Shown: positions 1 through 8,725 of the stretch, in pieces
How positions within the stretch are numbered: the first letter of the stretch is position 1
Layout of the letters: each line of letters begins with the position of its first letter
Virus record (IMG/VR): IMGVR_UViG_3300009108_000751
Coordinates: 1 to 64,000 of that record
Length of the DNA stretch: 64,000 nucleotides
Strand: one strand, 5' to 3'
Program-made: the position numbers and the translations under genes
The notes under the pieces: model-generated
The model's database searches: none
Seen by the model: the letters and a program-made list of their open reading frames with translations, nothing else
What the model was told of the DNA's origin: nothing

Positions 1-655
1 GGTTAACGCTTCCGCCGAATACCAGGTGAACGAGATGGATCCGGCACTTCGTGACCGCTTCTTCATCGTAGATCTGGAACCCACCACCGAGGATTGGCTC
101 GAGTGGGCTAAGGATCGCTTGGACGGTGCACTCTGCGAGTTCATCCGACAGAACCCACAACACTTGGAATGCCGGGAGAATGTTGAGGCAGATCGCATCA
201 CTCCTTCCCGCCGCTCTTGGGAGCGCGTCAATCACGCACTGGTCAATGCCAATGTGACGGACAAGCCCGAGGATCCGCTCTTCTACCCGCTCTGCCTCGG
301 CTTGGTCGGTGCAGAAGCTTCGATCGCCTACACGGAGTTCGTCAAGAAGTTCGACCGCCAGATCTCGGCAGAGGATATTCTGGACAAGTGGGGTAACAAG
401 GTCAAAGCTAAGGTGAAGGCTGCTCCTCAAGAGCAACTCAACGGTGTCGTCGAAAAGGTGGTTGACCACGCGGAAAACGGTGACTGGACCCAGAAGCAAG
501 TTGACAACGCGTTCAAGTTCATGAAGTCTCTTCCTGGTGAGTTGGTTATCTCAATGTGGACCAAGATCACGGATCGCAACTTCAAGAACGCCCAGAAGCT
601 TCACAAGCAATGCTCTCAGCTCCTGCTCGAAGTGATCGGTGAAACGAACAACTAA
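1..655 (+). CDS. MoxR/AAA_5-type AAA+ ATPase, C-terminal part (5' end outside window)
   Basis: Frame is open to the window edge (VNASAEYQVNEMDPALRDRF = sensor/arginine-finger region), TPSRRSWERV motif, upstream of a DUF2201/vWA gene. Confidence 0.75.
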   Translation, partial: VNASAEYQVNEMDPALRDRFFIVDLEPTTEDWLEWAKDRLDGALCEFIRQNPQHLECRENVEADRITPSRRSWERVNHALVNANVTDKPEDPLFYPLCLGLVGAEASIAYTEFVKKFDRQISAEDILDKWGNKVKAKVKAAPQEQLNGVVEKVVDHAENGDWTQKQVDNAFKFMKSLPGELVISMWTKITDRNFKNAQKLHKQCSQLLLEVIGETNN

Positions 656-656
656 G

Positions 657-887
657 ATGAGTCACGTTGGAGAACCCGAGGGCGAGATTCCTCAGAACAT
701 TTCCTCCGAACCCTCGGGTTCTCCTTTCGTGCCCGGCGACTTAGTCCTTGTAAAGGATACGGCGCAGCAGGGCACGATCACACGTATTCCCTCCCAGTAC
801 TACTCGGAGGTTCACGTGAATGGCCGGAGGATGATGATGCCTAATGAGTGGCTCACGCGGTGTAACTCGGAAAGCCCAGGGTTATAA
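657..887 (+). CDS. small hypothetical protein, KOW/SH3-like
   Basis: FVPGDLVLVKD..QGTITRI pattern; ATG directly after the upstream stop. Confidence 0.5.
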   Translation: MSHVGEPEGEIPQNISSEPSGSPFVPGDLVLVKDTAQQGTITRIPSQYYSEVHVNGRRMMMPNEWLTRCNSESPGL

Positions 888-888
888 T
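860..888 (+). promoter_or_regulatory. GTGTAA-N17-TATAAT promoter
   Basis: GTGTAA 860-865, TATAAT 883-888, AGGAGG and ATG 908 downstream. Confidence 0.8.
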
Positions 889-907
889 ATAAGCGCAAGG
901 AGGAAAC

Positions 908-1219
908 ATGCAGATTGGCGATCTTATCAAGCCCAAGATGCACCTGGAAGCGCTTAGAGAACCGCATAGAGAGGATCACGGCTTACTTGAAGTGCACACA
1001 CGTTGGGAAGATCCTAAGAAGGAGTTTAAGATTCTCAATAGTCACTCAGGCGAGTTGCATGCGGTTGCGATGATTGTCGGCACGGAACGTGTCCGCAGGC
1101 GCGATCGGCGCAATAAGTCAGGTATCGCGATGATGGTACCCAAGATCAAGTTGCTCATCGGCGGTCAAGTTGCTTTGATCACCAAGGGCAAGTTGGAACA
1201 CCTGTTTGAACCGGTGTAA
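908..1219 (+). CDS. hypothetical protein (SH3-like N-terminus MQIGDLIK)
   Basis: Strong SD AGGAGG; its stop codon is the TAA of the next GTGTAA box. Confidence 0.7.
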   Translation: MQIGDLIKPKMHLEALREPHREDHGLLEVHTRWEDPKKEFKILNSHSGELHAVAMIVGTERVRRRDRRNKSGIAMMVPKIKLLIGGQVALITKGKLEHLFEPV

Positions 1220-1242
1220 CTCTAAAACAGTATAGATATAAT
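1214..1242 (+). promoter_or_regulatory. GTGTAA-N17-TATAAT promoter
   Basis: GTGTAA 1214-1219, TATAAT 1237-1242. Confidence 0.8.
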
Positions 1243-1260
1243 AAGGGCGAAGGAGGCTTC

Positions 1261-2583
1261 ATGGCCAAGAAAGAATCAACCGGCGATCTTCCTAAAGCAG
1301 TTCAGGACTACATGGACAAGCTTAAGGTTTCGGCGGAAGAATACGCTCAAAAGGTAGAGGACGCTAAGTCTTTTGACATTGATCCTCACTTGGTTAAGCT
1401 CATGTGGGACGAACCGTTTTATAGCGCTATTAGCCGCCGGATCAGCAAGTCAAGAAGCCTTGACCTCCCGACCGCCGGCGTCTGTGTGATCGATGGTTCA
1501 CCTAGTCTGCTCTGGAACCCGGTCTTCTTCAACGAGATGACTGAGAAAGAGGTGCGCGGTGTCCTGATCCACGAGTTCATGCACTTGATCTACGACCACG
1601 TGACGCTGAGGAAGCGGGATCCCCACATGCTGTGGAACCTGGCCACCGACTGCGCGATCAATAGCATGATCCCAGAAAGCAACCTACCCGTGGACTGTGT
1701 GTTCCCCGGCAAGATGAACCCCAAGGCGGATCCCACCGACCCGATCTGGAATGCGATCGCCTCCTTCCCGAAAGGCCAGAGCTCTGACTGGTACATGAGC
1801 CGGCTGATGGAAGACGAGGACGTCCAGCAGAAGATGGAGGATATCCAGAACGGTGAGGGTGACGCAGCGGAATACGGCTTCGATGACCACGAGGGTTGGG
1901 GCGACATGAGTGACGCTGAGAAGGAGCTGGTGAAAGGCAAGATCCGCGAGATCCTGCGGGACGCGGTGAAGGAAGCTGACGCCAAGAACGGCTGGGGTTC
2001 GGTTCCCTCCGACTGCCGCGAGCAACTGCGCTCAATGGTGAGTAATGAGGTGGACTGGAAAGCGATCCTCCGGCAAACCATTGGCATGGCGCACAGCTCC
2101 GAGCGTACCACCTCCCGCAAGCGGCGCAACCGGAAGTACCGGTTCATGCATCCCGGCGTGAAACGCAAACGGATGGCGCGCGTCCTCGTCGCGATCGATC
2201 AATCGGGCTCCGTGGGTAATGAAGCCCTCGAGCTCCTGTTCGGTGAGCTGGCGTCCCTCGCAAAGCGAGTTGACTTCGACATCGTGCACTTCGACACCTC
2301 CGTGGATGAGAAGAGCCTGACCACCTGGCGGCGCGGACAACGCATCGCGCCCCACCGCACGCGGATGGGTGGTACCGACTTCAACGCTCCCACCGAGTTC
2401 GTCAACAAGCACAAGGGCCAATACGACCTGATGGTGGTGCTCACTGACGGTGAAGCTCCGGAGCCCAAGCCGTGCCTCGTGCGTCGAGCCTGGATCCTCG
2501 TCCCTGGAACCTCGATGTACTTCGACACCCCTGAGACGGTGATCAAGATGAAAGCTGAGAAAGATAAAAAGAATGCTGCGTGA
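1261..2583 (+). CDS. DUF2201-type metallopeptidase fused to a vWA domain
   Basis: HExxH (LIHEFMH), NLATDCAIN, C-terminal MIDAS DQSGS...GGT...LTDG; partner AAA+ gene upstream. Confidence 0.85.
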   Translation: MAKKESTGDLPKAVQDYMDKLKVSAEEYAQKVEDAKSFDIDPHLVKLMWDEPFYSAISRRISKSRSLDLPTAGVCVIDGSPSLLWNPVFFNEMTEKEVRGVLIHEFMHLIYDHVTLRKRDPHMLWNLATDCAINSMIPESNLPVDCVFPGKMNPKADPTDPIWNAIASFPKGQSSDWYMSRLMEDEDVQQKMEDIQNGEGDAAEYGFDDHEGWGDMSDAEKELVKGKIREILRDAVKEADAKNGWGSVPSDCREQLRSMVSNEVDWKAILRQTIGMAHSSERTTSRKRRNRKYRFMHPGVKRKRMARVLVAIDQSGSVGNEALELLFGELASLAKRVDFDIVHFDTSVDEKSLTTWRRGQRIAPHRTRMGGTDFNAPTEFVNKHKGQYDLMVVLTDGEAPEPKPCLVRRAWILVPGTSMYFDTPETVIKMKAEKDKKNAA

Positions 2584-3398
2584 TCTGAGAGATTCTGTTT
2601 GGCACGCCGGCGTGGTGGTTGCCACCGTCAGCTTGAGTGCCGCTTTTCTGGGCGGGATCGGCCTGATCCTGGTTCGAGAAGCTTACCGTGACTGGAAGGG
2701 TGAGAAGATCAAGCCCATCAAAGTGTGGGAGGAGAAGAAGTGGCCCGACAGGGTGATGAAGACTCTTGCTGACGAGGATCCTAAGTCCGGATTGGATGTG
2801 CTATGATGTGGATTGCTGAGATTGCGATGTGGGTTCTGGCGACCCTGCTCATCACGGGCGGCTTCGCCGCGATCATCGCTAACGCGTTCTTTGGCTACCC
2901 TGACGGAGATTGACGTGCCCGTATGGCTCAACCACACCCTGATGGTTCTGGTCTGTGTCGCAGCATATGTCTTCTCCTTTCTAACACTTTACAAAACTTG
3001 ATGAGATTATGACCCTTTTAGAAACACTTGCTTTCTTGTTCGCAATTGCCTATCACGTCCTGATTGCCTGGTTCGGCATCACTACCCTGATCTGGATCTT
3101 TTGGGAACGTCGTACAGTCCGACCGCTGGAAGCCCGGATCAATCGGCTCGATTATGAGATCGAGGAGATCGAGGGGCACGACTTCATGCGAGGTGAGACC
3201 CCTGAAAGCCGAGCGCTACGCAAAGCACGAGACATCGATAAGCTGGCCATGAACGACGAGGAGGAGCGGATCGACAAGTTCCTGCGCAAGTGGGGCTTCT
3301 TTCGCGTGTTCTACCGCGACCCCTACTCCCGCTCAGCAACCCGTTACACCCGAGAACGCCAACGGCTACAAAAGAGCCTTGGCATTGTAGATTCCTGA
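2573..3398 (+). CDS. run of small membrane proteins (2573-2806, 2803-2913, 2915-3001, 3009-3398)
   Basis: Consecutive, overlapping short ORFs, each with one hydrophobic helix. Confidence 0.5.
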
Positions 3399-3408
3399 GA
3401 GACACAGT

Positions 3409-3720
3409 ATGATCACCAAAGGAGATCTGATGATCGAAGATAAAGAAGAGCCCCAGATCCGAGACCTGAAGGCGTTGATGGATAAGTGCGGAGACAGCCT
3501 TCCCACACCATGGGACCGCGATTGGGGTGCAGCCTCACCGAGTTACCCATGGCACGTATACGTGGTGTCTCAAGGTCAGAAACCGCACCGCATCTGGTCC
3601 TTCAAGGATCGCCAGAGCGCGCACGATCTGGCTAAGAAGAACCTGCCGACTTACCGCAAGTCCGGAGGCTTCGTGATGGTGCACAACTACCTCACTGGTA
3701 AGTCGATCACGCTCAAATGA
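3409..3720 (+). CDS. hypothetical protein
   Basis: 103-aa ORF, ATGA overlap with the next gene. Confidence 0.55.
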   Translation: MITKGDLMIEDKEEPQIRDLKALMDKCGDSLPTPWDRDWGAASPSYPWHVYVVSQGQKPHRIWSFKDRQSAHDLAKKNLPTYRKSGGFVMVHNYLTGKSITLK

Positions 3721-4328
3721 TCAAGCTGCTTAGTAAGCTTCCTTGGTCTTTCACGCTCGCCGTCTCCGGCGGGCCTGACTCTATGGCGGCACTCGACTTC
3801 TTCCATCGAGGCAAGAAGGACTTTAGGGTTGTCCACGTTAATCACGGCACAGTGCACGCATCCGAAGCTGAAGAACTGGTAAGGTCTGAGTGCGCACGTC
3901 TCCAGGTGAACTTGCGCGTAGAGAAGGTCATTCGAAAGCGAGACCTGCAGGAGAGCTGGGAAGAGTTCTGGCGCAACGAGCGCTACCGGATCTTCGACAC
4001 AGTCACAGGTCCTGTGCTCACCTGTCACAACCTTGACGACGCGGTCGAGTGGTGGGTTTACACAGCAATGCATGGCCGGCCGCGACTTATTCCCGAGCGC
4101 AACGGCTCCGTGATCCGACCTTTCCTGCTCACTCCCAAGAAGACGCTGAGGAAGTGGTGCAAGGATCACGACGTTGCCTTCTGCGACGATCCGGGCAATG
4201 TCAATGAACAATATATGAGATCCATCGTTCGCCACCAGATAGTGCCTCTGGGCAAGCGGGTCAATCCGGGCCTGGAAAAGGTCGTGAAGAAGATGCTGAT
4301 CGCGCAACACGGCGCGGTGGGCAAGTGA
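3717..4328 (+). CDS. tilS: tRNA(Ile)-lysidine synthetase-like protein, PP-loop catalytic domain only
   Basis: AVSGGPDS, HVNHG, TCHNLDDAVE, IRPFL, DDPGN, RSIVRH match TilS N-domain motifs; only 203 aa. Confidence 0.8.
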   Translation: MIKLLSKLPWSFTLAVSGGPDSMAALDFFHRGKKDFRVVHVNHGTVHASEAEELVRSECARLQVNLRVEKVIRKRDLQESWEEFWRNERYRIFDTVTGPVLTCHNLDDAVEWWVYTAMHGRPRLIPERNGSVIRPFLLTPKKTLRKWCKDHDVAFCDDPGNVNEQYMRSIVRHQIVPLGKRVNPGLEKVVKKMLIAQHGAVGK

Positions 4329-4609
4329 GCGAACTCCAAGAAGGGCGACCTGAGGTTGAGCCGGGTGACTTGATCGTGTTCGAGGACGGCACCGATCACC
4401 CGTCAAACTTTCTGGTATGTGAGATCTGCAGGGACAAGGGCGATAGACCAGTACTGCGGGGATTATGGAATAGCGACACCGGCCAGATGGGCGCAGTGCT
4501 TCGAGGTTACGCTGAAGTCATGACTGCCGACATGCTCAAGCAGCACTTTCTAACTCGGTCTACCGACAAGTGGATCCGGGAAGACAAGATCCTGAGGATC
4601 TGGGGATGA
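4325..4609 (+). CDS. hypothetical protein (SH3-like)
   Basis: GTGA overlap with tilS; VEPGDLIVF. Confidence 0.5.
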   Translation: MSELQEGRPEVEPGDLIVFEDGTDHPSNFLVCEICRDKGDRPVLRGLWNSDTGQMGAVLRGYAEVMTADMLKQHFLTRSTDKWIREDKILRIWG

Positions 4610-4866
4610 AAATTGAACCGCAAAGCAAGCTAATGCACGCTATCCTGAACGCTGACCGCGTCTTCAAGGGCATTATCGACGGTTCCTACACTCTTACCAC
4701 TGACGGAGGAGTATTTAGATTAGGGCACGGGGAAGACCACTGGCTGTGGAAGGGGCATAATCGAGTAGCCTTCGTAGTTAAACAAGGTGACGAATGGCAC
4801 GTTACAATGCTAGCACCAGAACATATTGACCTACTGGAGGGCCACGATGCTGGAACTACTCCTTAG
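4606..4866 (+). CDS. hypothetical protein
   Basis: ATGA overlap; probable start 4606. Confidence 0.5.
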   Translation: MKIEPQSKLMHAILNADRVFKGIIDGSYTLTTDGGVFRLGHGEDHWLWKGHNRVAFVVKQGDEWHVTMLAPEHIDLLEGHDAGTTP

Positions 4867-5152
4867 CCTTGCGTTGACGGCACCGCCGCAATACTATCAT
4901 AAACCCAAACAACCCAAGGCCACTTACCGAAAGGCCGTCCAAAAGCGCCAAGTAGACGGAGTTGTCAGGTATCTCCGCCGGCAAGATCCTGCAGTTATCC
5001 AGCAGGTGATGCGTCGTATGGGCTGGATGTTTCGCACCGAACCGCGGGATGCTTGCCGAAAGAAGAAGAAGTCGGATCTGGAAAAGATCAACGACTGGGA
5101 AATGAGAATGCTGTGTGAAATGGCAGGGCTTCCCTGTTACAAGAAAAGGTAA
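4847..5152 (+). CDS. hypothetical protein with signal-peptide-like N-terminus
   Basis: SD GGAGG; MLELLLSLALTAPP. Confidence 0.5.
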   Translation: MLELLLSLALTAPPQYYHKPKQPKATYRKAVQKRQVDGVVRYLRRQDPAVIQQVMRRMGWMFRTEPRDACRKKKKSDLEKINDWEMRMLCEMAGLPCYKKR

Positions 5153-5181
5153 GTGTAAATCTCCCTCGTGATCGTTATAAT
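5153..5181 (+). promoter_or_regulatory. GTGTAA-N17-TATAAT promoter driving the tRNA
   Basis: GTGTAA 5153-5158, TATAAT 5176-5181. Confidence 0.8.
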
Positions 5182-5197
5182 ATAATGTATGAGATAT

Positions 5198-5274
5198 GGG
5201 GGATTAGCTCAATTGGTCAGAGCACTCGACTCATAATCGATAGGTTCTGGGTTCAAGTCCCAGGTCCCCTACCA
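5198..5274 (+). tRNA. tRNA with CAT anticodon (Ile2 favoured; elongator Met possible)
   Basis: Cloverleaf: acceptor GGGGGAT/GTCCCCT, D arm GCTC/GAGC, anticodon arm TCGA-CTCATAA-TCGA, T arm CTGGG-TTCAAGT-CCCAG, encoded CCA; lacks initiator hallmarks. Confidence 0.92.
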
Positions 5275-5584
5275 ACCAGACCTGAGCACGTCGTCAAACT
5301 GCTCACACGGGAGTTACACAGTCATGGATGTTAGAGCACCCTGTCCTTTCGCCACTTCGATCGCAGCGTATCTCACGTTTCCTAACCCTGGCGCAAAGCC
5401 CAAGGTGTTCGTGACACGTGAGCAGTTGTGTGAGATGAAGTTAGTGGACGCTGAGAAACGCCCAGTGGAACGCAAAGGTTTAGGCGAGAACGTTGATACT
5501 TATGCTTGATGTACGACGAATCCCTTATAGGTGTTATGATGCTGGGCTTTATTGCTTTCGGGATCATGATATCGATGGCGTTTG

Positions 5585-5899
5585 ATGGCGATCTCTGAAG
5601 TACTTCGCCTAAGATACCTCAAGGAACCTGGAGAAGAAATGATGAATGGTGTGACCTACTACACTGTTAGTTATCACATGCAACCGATAGCACACTTCAA
5701 GGATTATAGTGCAGCCGTGAGATTCGCCTCTGAAGAACGTAAGCGTCGGCTTGAGGCAGTCAAAACCCTGGATCCGCCCATGCTAAAGGGTGAAATGCGA
5801 GGAGAAGTTGTCAGCATCAAGTACGGAGTTGCAGTTCAGCAAGTTGATATCGTCTTTGCAGACATGATAGACAGTAGCGAGGAAATCAAGTTTGGCTGA
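5585..5899 (+). CDS. hypothetical protein
   Basis: ~104-aa ORF in the co-directional run. Confidence 0.5.
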   Translation: MAISEVLRLRYLKEPGEEMMNGVTYYTVSYHMQPIAHFKDYSAAVRFASEERKRRLEAVKTLDPPMLKGEMRGEVVSIKYGVAVQQVDIVFADMIDSSEEIKFG

Positions 5900-6179
5900 C
5901 AACACGCGTGCTTTACTAATGCGGGTTTTGACTGGCAAGGGCACAGATCTAGACAAGCTCGACGCAGTTTCTAACTTAATCGCAGAAAAGATGGCGATGT
6001 CCGAAGCAATGTCTGACAAGATAACAGCAGGAAGCTTTGTCCAGGGACACAACGTTCTCAAGCACTTGCTTAGCTTAGATCGTGTTCTCGAGACAATGTC
6101 TCTGATGGAGACTACGGGAGATCACGATGTCCCAGAACTCTGTGTTGTCACTGACGGTGACTGCGTCGGGAAAAACTAA
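5892..6179 (+). CDS. hypothetical protein
   Basis: 95-aa ORF overlapping the previous stop. Confidence 0.5.
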   Translation: MADNTRALLMRVLTGKGTDLDKLDAVSNLIAEKMAMSEAMSDKITAGSFVQGHNVLKHLLSLDRVLETMSLMETTGDHDVPELCVVTDGDCVGKN

Positions 6180-6201
6180 CAAATCAGGCTCAATAGCTCT
6201 T

Positions 6202-6230
6202 GTGTAACATACTTACTAACGTGGTATGAT
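6202..6230 (+). promoter_or_regulatory. GTGTAA-N17-TATGAT promoter
   Basis: GTGTAA 6202-6207, TG-G-TATGAT 6225-6230. Confidence 0.7.
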
Positions 6231-6249
6231 GTACGCGGAGGAAAAAGGT

Positions 6250-6468
6250 ATGGCTTCCTTAAAGCGACAACGAAAAGTTATTAGTCCTCGACAGCGTCCC
6301 CGTCACACCCCACCCAAAGAACTCGTGCTGGAACTACCACTTCCACGTCACGAGAGTATACCCAGGGATCACGACGTTGAAGCGCAAGAAAGCTCGAAAG
6401 AGCAAGGCGAGGTTATCATCAACCTCAACGAAGAAGACGATCCCTGTGTCATCCGTGATGCGTTCTAA
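6250..6468 (+). CDS. small disordered protein (basic N-terminus, LELPLP motif, acidic tail)
   Basis: SD GGAGG; start 6250 because ATG 6226 overlaps the -10 box. Confidence 0.55.
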   Translation: MASLKRQRKVISPRQRPRHTPPKELVLELPLPRHESIPRDHDVEAQESSKEQGEVIINLNEEDDPCVIRDAF

Positions 6469-6637
6469 GTTCACCACCGCAGAGATCGAAGAAGTCACTT
6501 TTGAATACCAAAGGATGCTAGATGCCGCGATATCCGACGGCAACAAGAAGAGCATCAATGCCCTAGTCCAAATCATCGCCGACCTTCACGTTTGTGTAAA
6601 ACACGCATCTGATGGTTATAATAAGGATGAAGACTAG
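6458..6637 (+). CDS. hypothetical protein
   Basis: Overlaps the previous stop; probable ATG 6458. Confidence 0.45.
   Translation: MRSKFTTAEIEEVTFEYQRMLDAAISDGNKKSINALVQIIADLHVCVKHASDGYNKDED
6594..6622 (+). promoter_or_regulatory. GTGTAA-N17-TATAAT promoter
   Basis: GTGTAA 6594-6599, TATAAT 6617-6622. Confidence 0.8.
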
Positions 6638-6646
6638 GAGATAAAG

Positions 6647-6787
6647 ATGGACGCGATACTCGCTCTCGCTTTACTATTCGGGGTTCCACTACTATCAGCA
6701 CTTTTTATTGTACGTGAGGCGCGCCTTGCGCGCGAGAGGCACGTTGCAAAGCTCCAAGAGGAAAGGGAGAATGAACGATGGATCTGA
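6647..6787 (+). CDS. 46-aa membrane peptide
   Basis: SD AGGAG, MDAILALALLFGVPLLSALFIV (below the ORF-track cutoff). Confidence 0.55.
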   Translation: MDAILALALLFGVPLLSALFIVREARLARERHVAKLQEERENERWI

Positions 6788-6987
6788 TCCAAGAAGGTAA
6801 TCTGCTCATCCAGCAGGTGACTGACCTGCTCAACGAAGTGAGTCCTGAGAAATGTCCAAGCGGCCCTGAGTTCACTAACTTTCTTGTTGCGAACGCTGAT
6901 CGTCTTCCTACTGACGCGGGCACAATCGTGACGCTCGCTGCAGACCTTGAAGCTCAGTTACTGGAGCACGAAGGCACCGTTCACTGA
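6778..6987 (+). CDS. hypothetical protein
   Basis: SD GGGAG; ends just before the next promoter. Confidence 0.55.
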   Translation: MDLIQEGNLLIQQVTDLLNEVSPEKCPSGPEFTNFLVANADRLPTDAGTIVTLAADLEAQLLEHEGTVH

Positions 6988-6988
6988 T

Positions 6989-7017
6989 GTGTAAGTTCGA
7001 AGCGCTGAGTATATAAT
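6989..7017 (+). promoter_or_regulatory. GTGTAA-N17-TATAAT promoter
   Basis: GTGTAA 6989-6994, TATAAT 7012-7017. Confidence 0.8.
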
Positions 7018-7038
7018 ATCAGCGATTGGAGGCAAGGC

Positions 7039-7908
7039 ATGGCTAAGAATACTGATATTCAAAGGCAATTGAATGCAATACGCGACGAGATGCGTGCTCT
7101 TCACGACAGGCGGGACGAGCTGGTCGAAATTGCCAAGGCTCGCGGCATTCAGCGCTTTGAGGATGCGAACGGCTGCGAGAGGTGCCGAGGTCGTGGTTGG
7201 GTGGTAACCTGGGACACGATGGACATCCTCGACGGCTCGGCCGCCGATTACGGTGACTGCCCTGAAAAGTCCTGCACTCCGGAAACACGCAAAGCCTCGG
7301 GCCTCTATCCCGAGAATAATCGCTACGATCACAACCGCTACACGACCTGGGCACACTTTCACGATCTGGCTGAAGCTGAGCGTGACGAGTGGTTCGGGAT
7401 CGATCCGCAGCTGACCATCCTCAACGACAGGTATAACAACACTGAGATGGCGGCGCGCCCCACAAAGGGTAAGCTGGTCGAGGTGATCGCCAAGGCGAGG
7501 TCACGCAACTCCGCTGCAGCCGGTGTGGTAGGCAAGGTGTTCTGGTATGGCTGCAATGACTGGGGCACCATCAAGGTCGGCATACTGGATATCGATGGCA
7601 ACAAGCACTGGACAACTGAGAAGTCTGTCACTGTGCTCAAACAGAAAGCCGGGAAGGAATACGATCCGACATACGACGAGCAGTATCCCCTCCTGTGCAA
7701 GGTGGTGCGAAAATCCAACAAAGCGATCTGCGTCATGACGCCCGGGGCGAGTAAGTTCACCGGCGGTGAGTGGATCCCGTGGTCGCAGATCCTCAATGCT
7801 GATCAGGTTCGAGAACAGATCGGCAATAAGCTTCTGAAGGATGGTTGCCCGGCGACTGTGATGTTACCACCCTGGTTAGCCAAGAAGAAGGGTTACATTC
7901 GTGGCTGA
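7039..7908 (+). CDS. hypothetical protein: coiled coil, Cys zinc motif, SH3-like modules
   Basis: CERCRGRG...CPEKSC; SD GGAGG. Confidence 0.7.
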   Translation: MAKNTDIQRQLNAIRDEMRALHDRRDELVEIAKARGIQRFEDANGCERCRGRGWVVTWDTMDILDGSAADYGDCPEKSCTPETRKASGLYPENNRYDHNRYTTWAHFHDLAEAERDEWFGIDPQLTILNDRYNNTEMAARPTKGKLVEVIAKARSRNSAAAGVVGKVFWYGCNDWGTIKVGILDIDGNKHWTTEKSVTVLKQKAGKEYDPTYDEQYPLLCKVVRKSNKAICVMTPGASKFTGGEWIPWSQILNADQVREQIGNKLLKDGCPATVMLPPWLAKKKGYIRG

Positions 7909-8128
7909 GAAAACTCGGCACTATGAGAAGCAGGTTGCGGTGATCATGCCTCGCTGGTGCATCAACATGATTCTCGACCATCTCGATATGCAGTATGACT
8001 CGCTGCAGCAAGAGCAGGACTTCCACAACCGAGTGGGCGATACAAAGTCCCTTGCCAGTGCTCAGGACGAGCTCAAGCTTTACAGTGACGCGATCGACCA
8101 GATCGCAGGCCAACTGGACAATAGCTAA
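7901..8128 (+). CDS. hypothetical protein
   Basis: Overlaps the previous stop. Confidence 0.5.
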   Translation: MAEKTRHYEKQVAVIMPRWCINMILDHLDMQYDSLQQEQDFHNRVGDTKSLASAQDELKLYSDAIDQIAGQLDNS

Positions 8129-8159
8129 ACATTCTCACTTTTCGATTTACAATGACCTC

Positions 8160-8345
8160 ATGGGTAATGGCGTCAAGATAGATCTGAAGGTGGGTGACTG
8201 GATCCTCACGGGCAGATTCAAGAACAAACGAGAAATGGTAAAGACCATCGGCGTTGATCAGCTGGGACAACCCACTGTTAACGGGAAGCCGATGTTGAAG
8301 TTTCGTATTGCGAAGACAATACCCGAAGGGAAGAAGAAAAAGTGA
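8160..8345 (+). CDS. small phage protein (LKVGDWILTGRFKNK...GQPTVNG pattern)
   Basis: Resembles a short module I recognise from large phages; probable ATG 8160. Confidence 0.55.
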   Translation: MGNGVKIDLKVGDWILTGRFKNKREMVKTIGVDQLGQPTVNGKPMLKFRIAKTIPEGKKKK

Positions 8346-8725
8346 TTGCTACACTGGTGACGATTCTAGCAGCTGCGCCGTTTACTACTTACGTAGATTG
8401 CTCGAACATCGTGGGCTACGATGAGAAGAAGAACGCGTATCTTATGAAGTGCACGTTAGCAGTAGGAGGAGAAGACAAGTCTAAGGCGAATCTGATTCCA
8501 GTCTACTGCATCATGGACCTCAAGGAAAGCGCTTTCATGTGTAAGTTTGATCTAAAGCCTAAGAGCAACTCAGATAACGCTCCCCGCGGTCACACAGGAT
8601 GGTTACCACAACTCCCGCCGGGCGCCGTTTTGCGATCCATCGTTCAGCAGCAAGAACGTTTGCTCCAGCCGATATGCCCACCAGCAGTCCATTCTCCTGA
8701 GCTAAACGACGAGCTCTCTCAATAG
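8342..8725 (+). CDS. hypothetical secreted-type protein; 3' end overlaps cysK antisense
   Basis: MIATLVTILAAAP N-terminus; GTGA overlap. Confidence 0.4.
   Translation: MIATLVTILAAAPFTTYVDCSNIVGYDEKKNAYLMKCTLAVGGEDKSKANLIPVYCIMDLKESAFMCKFDLKPKSNSDNAPRGHTGWLPQLPPGAVLRSIVQQQERLLQPICPPAVHSPELNDELSQ

Noticed and set aside
1590-2625. Several long minus-strand ORFs opposite the vWA gene, and similar ones opposite tilS, radA, prkA, phoH and the GTs
   Set aside because: Antisense shadows of motif-bearing genes; no SD or recognisable motifs.
5314-5319. Minus-strand GTGTAA (also + strand at 56355)
   Set aside because: No TATAAT-like box at 16-17 bp; not counted as promoters.
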